DNA of 35,285 bases from a virus (Duplodnaviria > Caudoviricetes). A model generated the notes under the pieces. That model saw only the letters and a program-made list of their open reading frames with translations. It did not search any database and was not told the origin of the DNA. Location of the stretch: positions 1 through 35,285 of the IMG/VR virus record IMGVR_UViG_3300006105_000057, one strand, 5' to 3'. A program made the position numbers and the translations under genes. This document shows, one piece after another, positions 28,301 through 34,840 of the stretch (positions within the stretch are counted from its first letter, which is position 1; each line of letters opens with the position of its first letter).

Positions 28301-28561
28301 ATGTCTAAGAAAGACTTATTGTTGAAGCATTTACAAGCAGGTAAGGTATTTACTGCTAAGCAAATTACAGCTTCTTTTGGTATTGCTAACCCAGCTCGTC
28401 ATGTTCAAGTTTTGCGTGAACAAGGTTACTGTGTATACAGCAACCCAACTAAGTTGAGCAATGGCACAGTTGCTACTAAGTACCGTATCGGTTCTCCAAG
28501 TCGCAAGATCATTGCCTTGGCTAACGCAGTTGCTGGCGCAAAAGCATTTACTCGTGCTTAA
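28301..28561 (+). CDS. Small basic helix-turn-helix (winged-helix-like) protein
   Basis: LLKHLQAGKVFTAKQI..FGIANPARHVQVLREQGY...KYRIG pattern; SD GGAG. Confidence 0.7.
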   Translation: MSKKDLLLKHLQAGKVFTAKQITASFGIANPARHVQVLREQGYCVYSNPTKLSNGTVATKYRIGSPSRKIIALANAVAGAKAFTRA

Positions 28562-28574
28562 TTTGTGAGTACAT

Positions 28575-28611
28575 ATGAGTCTGGGATCTTACGAGTTCTC
28601 AGACTCATTTT
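28575..28611 (+). terminator. Stem-loop / putative terminator
   Basis: ATGAGTCTGGGA...TCTCAGACTCAT 12-bp stem followed by a short T run. Confidence 0.6.
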
Positions 28612-28626
28612 CATTATGGAGTTTTA

Positions 28627-28989
28627 ATGGGATGGTTCAAGTCTATGGCAACTAGAAAAGAGATTGAAGAAGTTGTAAGAGCATCGCAAAATGCCACAAC
28701 TGGTGGTAGAAAATTTGATGGTGGTAAGCTACAGTATGGCTTGCTACCTCCACTTGCATTAAAAGCAACAGTCGAAATTTTAACATTTGGTGCGGAGAAA
28801 TACGAACCAGATAATTGGAAACATGTTCCAGATTCTAAGCGTAGGTACTATGATGCAATGCAAAGACATTTATGGGCATGGAAAGAGGGAGAACAAAATG
28901 ATCCCGAGACAGGTAAAAATCACTTGGCGCATGCAATGTGCTGCCTAATGTTCTTGTATGAACATGATGTAAAATATTCAAAGGAGTAA
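28627..28989 (+). CDS. DUF5664-like (dATP/dGTP diphosphohydrolase-type) protein
   Basis: KFDGGK..YGLLP, LTFGAEKY..DNW, AMQRHL.AW..GE..DPETG..HLAHA.CCLMFL. Confidence 0.8.
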   Translation: MGWFKSMATRKEIEEVVRASQNATTGGRKFDGGKLQYGLLPPLALKATVEILTFGAEKYEPDNWKHVPDSKRRYYDAMQRHLWAWKEGEQNDPETGKNHLAHAMCCLMFLYEHDVKYSKE

Positions 28990-28991
28990 TT

Positions 28992-29309
28992 ATGTTTAAA
29001 GAAATCTCAGCAATCGTATTTGGTTGGGTAGCTTTAGTTGTTGTTGGTTTATTTGGCAGCTTTTATGCTTACCAATATTTCGCACCAAAATATCGTGCGG
29101 TAGATAATCAGGTCTTCAAACAATCTGAACAATATAATGATGGTATGATTCGCGACTTGGAAAATCTCCAAATGGATTATATCAACGCTGATAAAGACCA
29201 CAAGGATGCGCTTCGTGCTATCGTCCTTCATCGTTTTTCTGTTTATCCAGAGGACAAGTTGCCACCAAACCTTCGTAACTTTTATAATGATTTGAAAGCA
29301 GGTAAGTAA
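28992..29309 (+). CDS. Membrane-anchored hypothetical protein
   Basis: N-terminal hydrophobic helix (AIVFGWVALVVVGLFGSFYAY); SD AAGGAG. Confidence 0.75.
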   Translation: MFKEISAIVFGWVALVVVGLFGSFYAYQYFAPKYRAVDNQVFKQSEQYNDGMIRDLENLQMDYINADKDHKDALRAIVLHRFSVYPEDKLPPNLRNFYNDLKAGK

Positions 29310-29310
29310 T

Positions 29311-29790
29311 ATGAAAAAACTTTTATTAGTATTACCTTTTGTAGTTTTGTTGTCAGCTTGTGATGATCATCCAGACAGTCGTCGAATTGAAGCTGCCAAA
29401 CAGGAAGAACTGCAATTACAAGCTGTTCAGTCAGTTGGTATGCCAGCCATCACTAACTTTGCCGAAAAGCGTATGTTCAAAGATATCCTTGAGTTGCGCG
29501 ATCGCAGTGTTCCAACTACAACCTATTTGGTTGGTATGAACAATCAGTTGACCAAGGTATGTGATTCAGTTGGTTATGGTTTACCTTACGCAACACAGTA
29601 CACAAATCCACAGATGCGTGTTAGTGGACAGAATGGTAATGTTACATTACCTCAAGCAGATCCAAATGGATTATACAGCCCAGCTTCTGCCGATGGCACT
29701 TGGGTTCTTTGTGTTGATCATAAAGATGGTAAAGCCAAACCTGTTTATATTGAACCACGAATTCTTGTAAGCCCTTTTGCTTTACAATAA
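29311..29790 (+). CDS. Lipoprotein
   Basis: MKK + hydrophobic stretch + lipobox LLSA/C; GYGLPYATQYTNP and QADPNGLYSP motifs. Confidence 0.8.
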   Translation: MKKLLLVLPFVVLLSACDDHPDSRRIEAAKQEELQLQAVQSVGMPAITNFAEKRMFKDILELRDRSVPTTTYLVGMNNQLTKVCDSVGYGLPYATQYTNPQMRVSGQNGNVTLPQADPNGLYSPASADGTWVLCVDHKDGKAKPVYIEPRILVSPFALQ

Positions 29791-29795
29791 AATAT

Positions 29796-29824
29796 TTGAC
29801 ACACACCACATTTTTAGGTATAAT
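29796..29824 (+). promoter_or_regulatory. Consensus sigma70 promoter for gp45 operon
   Basis: TTGACA-17 nt-TATAAT. Confidence 0.88.
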
Positions 29825-29863
29825 GTTTTATACATATTATTATGTTTTTAATTTGGAGAAAAA

Positions 29864-30520
29864 ATGAAACTAAGTAAAGCCACTATCGAACTTCTACAAA
29901 ACTTTTCCAGCATTCATGGGAATCTTTTGTTGAAGAAAGGTACTAAGATTGCTACGATTTCTGAGCAGAAAAATATTATGGCATCCTCTGTTGTTGCCGA
30001 AGACTTTCCTCAGGAGTTTGGTATCTATGACCTGAACGAATTCCTCAACGCACTATCTTTGTTTGAAGATCCTGAGTTGAAGTTCCACGAGAAATATGTT
30101 ACAATCAAACAAGGCGATAACCATATTCACTATTACGCAGCAGAAGGTGGTAATCTAACAGTTCCACAGAAGGAAATCGTTTTCCCTGACGCTGAGATTA
30201 ACTTTAAGTTGACAGCTGGTCAGTTGAACCTTATCCGTAAAACTTCGGGTGTATTGGCTGCTCCCGACTTGACTATCTCTGGTGATGGTAAGAAAATCAC
30301 TGCCGTAGTTGGTCAGAAGAAGAACGCAACTGGTAACAACTTTGAAGCACATCTTGGTGAAACCGACAAGAAATTTAAGGTAAATCTTAAAGTCGAAAAT
30401 CTTAAAATGATCCCAGGAGAATTTGATGTGTCAATCTCAAGTAAGCGAATCTCAAGATTCCAACGAAGCGACCTCGTCTACTATGTCGCAGTTGAAGCAG
30501 ACTCCACCTTCGACTTCTAA
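29864..30520 (+). CDS. gp45: DNA polymerase sliding clamp gp45
   Basis: MKLSK.TI.LL.NFS.I, FGIYDLNEFL, NLKMIPG...V.ISSK, YYVAVE.DS. Confidence 0.96.
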   Translation: MKLSKATIELLQNFSSIHGNLLLKKGTKIATISEQKNIMASSVVAEDFPQEFGIYDLNEFLNALSLFEDPELKFHEKYVTIKQGDNHIHYYAAEGGNLTVPQKEIVFPDAEINFKLTAGQLNLIRKTSGVLAAPDLTISGDGKKITAVVGQKKNATGNNFEAHLGETDKKFKVNLKVENLKMIPGEFDVSISSKRISRFQRSDLVYYVAVEADSTFDF

Positions 30521-30525
30521 TTATT

Positions 30526-30581
30526 ATGTAGTGCCAGAGCAGGGTGATGAGGATCGCCCTGTTAATCCTTATGGGCAACAT
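30526..30581 (+). ncRNA. Predicted structured RNA (pseudoknot within an outer stem) between gp45 and next ORF
   Basis: GGGTG/CGCCC and TGAGGAT/ATCCTTA interleaved pairings; outer ATGT..TGCC/GGCAACAT. Confidence 0.45.
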
Positions 30582-30599
30582 TGATTGAAAGATTATATT

Positions 30600-30914
30600 A
30601 TGACTAAGCGAAAGCAGATAGCATCTCCTAGAGTTAATCGCAAAGTATTACCAAAAGAAGAACTCTATACTATTGATTTAGAAACTGGTAAAGTTGTTAA
30701 GAAAATGGTTTGGTGTGATTACCATGAACAGTGGGAATGGATTGCTGACTTCTATTTAGAAAGTGAAGCCAAAGCCAAATACCCAACTGATGTTAGAAAC
30801 ATGTGTATTGCAGCTTGGGATATCGCAAAGGGTAAAACAGATTTTACTAAGATGTCTACACCAAGATTACCGAAGGAAAAATCAACTGCTTCGCTTATGG
30901 CATTTTTTATTTGA
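30600..30914 (+). CDS. Hypothetical protein
   Basis: 104-aa ORF filling the gp45-gp44 gap; C-x2-H...FY...C pattern; weak SD. Confidence 0.6.
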   Translation: MTKRKQIASPRVNRKVLPKEELYTIDLETGKVVKKMVWCDYHEQWEWIADFYLESEAKAKYPTDVRNMCIAAWDIAKGKTDFTKMSTPRLPKEKSTASLMAFFI

Positions 30915-30929
30915 TTGGAGTTTTATATT

Positions 30930-31865
30930 ATGAGTGAATTTTTGTGGGTTGAGAAGTATCGACCAAAGACCATTGACGAGTGTATCTTACCTGATTCTTT
31001 GAAGCAAACATTCAAAGAGTTTATTACTAATGGTCAGTTACCAAACTTTTTGTTCTGTGGAACAGCAGGTGTTGGTAAAACTACAGTGGCTAAAGCACTA
31101 TGTAATGAAATTGGTGCTGAGTATTTGTTAATCAACGGATCTGAAGAATCTGGTATCGATGTTCTACGAACAAAGATTAAGGGTTTCGCATCGACTGTTT
31201 CGTTGACTGATGCCAAGAAAGTAGTTATCCTTGACGAAGCGGATTATCTTAATGCCAATTCTACTCAGCCAGCGTTGCGTGGATTCATTGAGGAGTTCTC
31301 TAGCAATTGCCGATTTATCTTTACATGTAACTTCAAGAACCGAATCATCGAGCCTCTACATAGTAGATGTGCCGTTGTTGAGTTCAAGATCGACACGAAA
31401 GATAAACAATCTATCGCAGCAAATTTCTTTAAGCGTGCTTCAGGTATTCTTAAAGACGAGGGTATTGAGTTTGATCCAAAGGTTGTAGCAGAAGTTATTA
31501 CAAGACACTTCCCAGATTATCGTAGAATCTTAAATGAATTGCAGCGATATTCTGTTACTGGTAAAATCGACAGTGGAATTCTTGTAAACTTGTCCGATGA
31601 ATCTTACAAAGAACTCGTTGGTTATCTGAAGACTAAAGATTTCCCAGCAGTTCGTAAGTGGGTTGCTAAGAATTCTGACATTGAAACTACACAGTTATTC
31701 CGTGAGTTATATGACAAAGCTGTAGATTTCCTTGAGACATCCACAGTACATCATCTCGTTTTGATTTTGGCAGACTATCAATACAAAGCAGCGTTCGTTG
31801 CTGACCATGAATTAAACACAGTGGCAGCGATGACCGAGATTATGATTCAATGTAAATTTAAGTGA
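30930..31865 (+). CDS. gp44: Clamp loader large subunit gp44
   Basis: LWVEKYRP, GTAGVGKTT, ILDEAD, PLHSRC, FPDYRRILNELQ. Confidence 0.97.
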   Translation: MSEFLWVEKYRPKTIDECILPDSLKQTFKEFITNGQLPNFLFCGTAGVGKTTVAKALCNEIGAEYLLINGSEESGIDVLRTKIKGFASTVSLTDAKKVVILDEADYLNANSTQPALRGFIEEFSSNCRFIFTCNFKNRIIEPLHSRCAVVEFKIDTKDKQSIAANFFKRASGILKDEGIEFDPKVVAEVITRHFPDYRRILNELQRYSVTGKIDSGILVNLSDESYKELVGYLKTKDFPAVRKWVAKNSDIETTQLFRELYDKAVDFLETSTVHHLVLILADYQYKAAFVADHELNTVAAMTEIMIQCKFK

Positions 31866-31872
31866 GGATGAT

Positions 31873-32214
31873 ATGGAAATTGTATTTTATGCTTCCGTCA
31901 TTCTTTCTTTGATGTTTGTTTTCTTTCTTGGTGCTTTGTTTGGATGGACCAGACATCAAAATTTTCTTGAGCGTACTATGGGTAAAATGATTACACATGT
32001 TACAGAGGAAATCCGTAAGAATTCTATAGAGATTAGTATTGAAAAACATGCTGGTATGATCTACATCTATGACAAGAACACAAAGCAATTTATGGCACAG
32101 GGTTCAAGTCGTAACGAAGTCGAAGAGATTCTTCTCAAGAAGTTTCCAGGGAAGAAATTTGTAGCTGACCAGAAGGAAATTGATGAGGGGTTTAGCGATG
32201 CCAAGTCCCTTTGA
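31873..32214 (+). CDS. Membrane-anchored hypothetical protein
   Basis: N-terminal TM helix; YIYDK.TKQFMAQG motif; SD GAGG. Confidence 0.7.
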   Translation: MEIVFYASVILSLMFVFFLGALFGWTRHQNFLERTMGKMITHVTEEIRKNSIEISIEKHAGMIYIYDKNTKQFMAQGSSRNEVEEILLKKFPGKKFVADQKEIDEGFSDAKSL

Positions 32215-32581
32215 TTTTATTAATGCTATAAATGTAACCAAAAAAGATTTACTCAGGGAAGATCCACTGAACGAGAAGGATTATTCTCCATTCATGGTAA
32301 ACAGAGGACTATCTTATTTCTCTGACACAGTCATGATGGCGAATGAGATGAATCGACATGGTGGAATCCCAAAGGTATGGCAGAACGATTTTCTTCTAAA
32401 TACAGTATCCAAGAAGAAGCGTTTTTCGAAGTGGCATAAAAAAGAAGCCGAGGATAAGGTTGTTCTTCTAATTATGGAATATTATAAATATTCTACTGAG
32501 AGGGCAAGGGAAGTCTTAGACATTTTGACACCTGCTCAGATTAAGATTATAGAAGAAAAACTATTCAAAGGTGGAAAATAA
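32198..32581 (+). CDS. gp62: Clamp loader small subunit gp62
   Basis: FDFINAIN..K, YSPFMVNRGLSYF.DT...ANEMN, KKKRFSKW, EYYKYS; SD GAGGGG. Confidence 0.93.
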   Translation: MPSPFDFINAINVTKKDLLREDPLNEKDYSPFMVNRGLSYFSDTVMMANEMNRHGGIPKVWQNDFLLNTVSKKKRFSKWHKKEAEDKVVLLIMEYYKYSTERAREVLDILTPAQIKIIEEKLFKGGK

Positions 32582-33009
32582 TGTCTGTCGAAATGATTTA
32601 TTATGACTGGACTCCAGATTCGATGCTGGAAGTACTGTTACCAGAACCTGATAACTTTTTGAAAATCCGTGAAACTCTTACCCGAATCGGGATCGCTTCC
32701 AGAAAAGAACAAAAGTTATACCAATCATGCCATATTTTGCATAAACAAGGTAGGTATTTTATCGTTCACTTCAAAGAACTGTTCGCCCTCGATGGTAAAG
32801 AATCGAACATTACTTCCAACGATGTAGAGCGCAGAAATACTGTTGCTGGATTATTGCAAGATTGGGGTTTGCTTTCTATCGTACATCCTACGAAAGCAGA
32901 ACCAAAAGTTTCTCTGTCGCAGATTAAGGTTGTGGCATATAAAGAGAAAGACCAGTGGGAATTAGTCCCTAAATATAATATCGGTAAAAAGGTTACCGTA
33001 ACTAAATAA
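32581..33009 (+). CDS. regA: Translational repressor RegA
   Basis: PDNFLKIRETLTRIGIASR, LYQSCHILHKQGRYFIVHFKELFALDG, WELVPKYNIG. Confidence 0.97.
   Translation: MSVEMIYYDWTPDSMLEVLLPEPDNFLKIRETLTRIGIASRKEQKLYQSCHILHKQGRYFIVHFKELFALDGKESNITSNDVERRNTVAGLLQDWGLLSIVHPTKAEPKVSLSQIKVVAYKEKDQWELVPKYNIGKKVTVTK
33001..33008 (+). promoter_or_regulatory. Possible late promoter (ACTAAATA)
   Basis: Same variant as upstream of gp18; lies before the 33033 ORF and hsp20. Confidence 0.45.
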
Positions 33010-33032
33010 TTTTAAACTTGGAGTGAATTGAA

Positions 33033-33242
33033 ATGAATGATTCTATCATTAAACTTGAATTGACAATTGACGAAGTAAACATGGTTCTTCGTGTATTGGG
33101 TAAGCACCCTTTCGAAGAAGTTGTTACTGTAATCAACAAAATTAAACAACAAGGTGATCCACAGGTAGACGCAATTGTGCAGGCTCAACAAGCTGCTCAA
33201 GCGCCAGCTACTCCTGAGGCACCAGCTGCCCCAGCAGCATAA
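33033..33242 (+). CDS. Small hypothetical protein with Ala/Pro/Gln-rich tail
   Basis: IKLELTIDEVN.VL..LGK.PF.EV..VI.KIK.Q; SD GGAG. Confidence 0.75.
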   Translation: MNDSIIKLELTIDEVNMVLRVLGKHPFEEVVTVINKIKQQGDPQVDAIVQAQQAAQAPATPEAPAAPAA

Positions 33243-33327
33243 AGTCTTCACCTTAGGACCGCTAAGTACGAAGTGTTCTAAAGCTGGTATGACATTACGA
33301 TACCGCTGGATCCAGTAACCAGCAAAA

Positions 33328-33385
33328 CACTATGCCCATTTGGGGTAGTGAATTTTATTTTAACTCGCTTAATAGGAGATATAAC
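33328..33385 (+). promoter_or_regulatory. ROSE-like RNA thermometer in hsp20 5' UTR
   Basis: CTCGCT (33364-33369) pairs with SD AGGAG (33374-33378) with a bulged G; preceded by another bulged-G hairpin. Confidence 0.6.
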
Positions 33386-33871
33386 ATGGGTAACAACAAC
33401 CAATTTGCATTATTTGGTCCAGGATTCAAGGACTTCGACAAATTCTTTGTCGGTTTTGATGATACAGCAAAACAGCTGCAGGCAATGCATGCTGATCTAA
33501 CTAAAAACATTCCCAACTATCCACCATATAACATTCGCAAGAATGATGAGAACTCATACACAATTGAAATCGCAGTAGCTGGTTTCGGTGAGTCTGAGAT
33601 CGACATCACTATTGATGGTGGTAAGTTAATTGTTAAAGGAAATGTTGAAGCTGAAACAGATGAGTCTTATGACTATTTGTTTAAGGGTATCGCAACTCGT
33701 GCGTTTACTCGTGCGTTCGCTATCGATGATCACATTGAAGTAAAGAACGCAGAACTATTCAATGGTATGCTTAAGATTGCTCTGGAGCGTCTTATCCCTG
33801 AGGAAAAGAAACCAAAGAAAGTTCCAGTAAAGACAACTGGTAAAAAAGAGTTCTTGACTGAGGCAGAATAA
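33386..33871 (+). CDS. hsp20: Small heat-shock protein (IbpA/Hsp20 family)
   Basis: NYPPYNI, IEIAVAGF, YLFKGIATRAF.R.F, NGMLKI.LER.IPEEKKP. Confidence 0.95.
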   Translation: MGNNNQFALFGPGFKDFDKFFVGFDDTAKQLQAMHADLTKNIPNYPPYNIRKNDENSYTIEIAVAGFGESEIDITIDGGKLIVKGNVEAETDESYDYLFKGIATRAFTRAFAIDDHIEVKNAELFNGMLKIALERLIPEEKKPKKVPVKTTGKKEFLTEAE

Positions 33872-33872
33872 C

Positions 33873-33980
33873 ATGACTAACATTCTAAAATCCATTAAGG
33901 GATTTGTTATGGAAGTTGTGAGTTGCATACAAGAAGCAAAAAGAATGCAAGCAGAGGAGCATACAAAATGGCACTCTTAA
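33873..33980 (+). CDS. 35-aa microprotein (not in ORF track)
   Basis: MTNILKSIKGFVMEVVSCIQEAKRMQAEEHTKWHS; starts 1 nt after the hsp20 stop; SD GAGG. Confidence 0.5.
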   Translation: MTNILKSIKGFVMEVVSCIQEAKRMQAEEHTKWHS

Positions 33981-34111
33981 AATTCTTTTCTTTTTTGTTT
34001 AAACAATCTTCGCCTTTAGAAGATTACATTGTAAGTAAAAATCCTCAGACATCATCTGATGTTGAACACTGGACTCGTAGATACTACGATGGTCAAGCGA
34101 GGGGTCTATAA
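33968..34111 (+). CDS. 47-aa hypothetical protein
   Basis: MALLKFFSFLFKQSSPLEDYIVSKNPQTSSDVEHWTRRYYDGQARGL; SD GAGGAG. Confidence 0.7.
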   Translation: MALLKFFSFLFKQSSPLEDYIVSKNPQTSSDVEHWTRRYYDGQARGL

Positions 34112-34188
34112 TGTGTAACTGGATCCCTATGACTGATGATGATTGGGATTGGGTAAATGGAAAGATTCCGCCAAACCCACAGAAGTAA
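34111..34188 (+). CDS. 25-aa microprotein (not in ORF track)
   Basis: MCNWIPMTDDDWDWVNGKIPPNPQK; SD GAGGGG, TAATG coupling, ends just before the terminator. Confidence 0.55.
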   Translation: MCNWIPMTDDDWDWVNGKIPPNPQK

Positions 34189-34193
34189 TAACA

Positions 34194-34220
34194 AGGGAGC
34201 TTCGGCTCCCTACTTCTTCT
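34194..34220 (+). terminator. Intrinsic terminator with cUUCGg tetraloop
   Basis: AGGGAGC-TTCG-GCTCCCT followed by a pyrimidine-rich tail. Confidence 0.8.
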
Positions 34221-34237
34221 GCTTCATAAATAGAAGT

Positions 34238-34450
34238 ATGAAGAAAAGAGCAAGCGTATTTCCAAACATGGTAACTTATGTACCCATCCGAAGAAGAGAT
34301 TGGGTATTAAAGATCTCAATCTTTAAAGATCACTCTATATTGATTGTTGGTTATAATGTTTATACCTTCTCTACAGTAGTGAAACAATTTGACAATGCAG
34401 ATCTCGCTGCATCTTTTGTAGATTTTTTAGTTGAACAGGAAGAGTTATAA
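34238..34450 (+). CDS. Hypothetical protein
   Basis: 70-aa ORF after the terminator, preceded by CATAAATA (34225-34232, late-promoter-like); stop overlaps the next start. Confidence 0.6.
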   Translation: MKKRASVFPNMVTYVPIRRRDWVLKISIFKDHSILIVGYNVYTFSTVVKQFDNADLAASFVDFLVEQEEL

Positions 34451-34761
34451 TGAGTAATGATATTAAAGTTTTTAAAATGATTAATGGTGAAGAAATTATT
34501 GGTCAAGTTTTTATTGCATTCGGCGACCATTTTGAGATTAAAGAACCAGCCCAGATCGTCCTTCAAAGAGATCCAAAATCTGGTGGTGTTGGAGTCGCAA
34601 TCGCTCCATATATGCCCTATGCTGATGGTAATGTAGACATCTATAAGTCTGCCATTGGATCTTCTTGCATTCCTTCCAAAGATCTTGTAAACGAATACAA
34701 CCGAATCTTTGGAGCAGGGATTATAGTTCCCCCAGCCCAAAGCATTATCGCCCCTGTATAA
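34450..34761 (+). CDS. Conserved T4-like hypothetical protein (possible Sm-like fold)
   Basis: IKVFKMINGEEIIG...PYMPYA...L.NEYNRIFG.GI.VP. Confidence 0.75.
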   Translation: MSNDIKVFKMINGEEIIGQVFIAFGDHFEIKEPAQIVLQRDPKSGGVGVAIAPYMPYADGNVDIYKSAIGSSCIPSKDLVNEYNRIFGAGIIVPPAQSIIAPV

Positions 34762-34785
34762 TCCTTGCAAGGACTGAAAAAGTCC

Positions 34786-34814
34786 TTGACATTTATTCAA
34801 TAATCAGGTATAAT
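34786..34814 (+). promoter_or_regulatory. Consensus sigma70 promoter
   Basis: TTGACA-17 nt-TATAAT; the -35 overlaps the CAAGGACT/AGTCCTTG inverted repeat. Confidence 0.85.
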
Positions 34815-34840
34815 ATATGAATACCTGAGGAGTTTTTATT

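Noticed and set aside
30540-30590. Hammerhead ribozyme (TGATGA followed by a GGAT/ATCC stem)
   Set aside because: Core reads GTGATGA rather than CTGATGA, and no GAAA directly follows the putative stem II.
14710-34237. Extended starts in the ORF track (14710, 16102, 17153, 27816, 28247, 30585, 30915, 32180, 33332, 33923, 34157)
   Set aside because: They run through upstream genes, terminators or RNA structures; downstream ATGs fit SD position or family N-termini better.
22-34800. Many short minus-strand and alternate-frame ORFs in the track (e.g. 23209-23697, 34360-34800, 22902-23540)
   Set aside because: They overlap well-supported + strand genes, show no recognisable motifs and are explained as shadows of biased codon usage.
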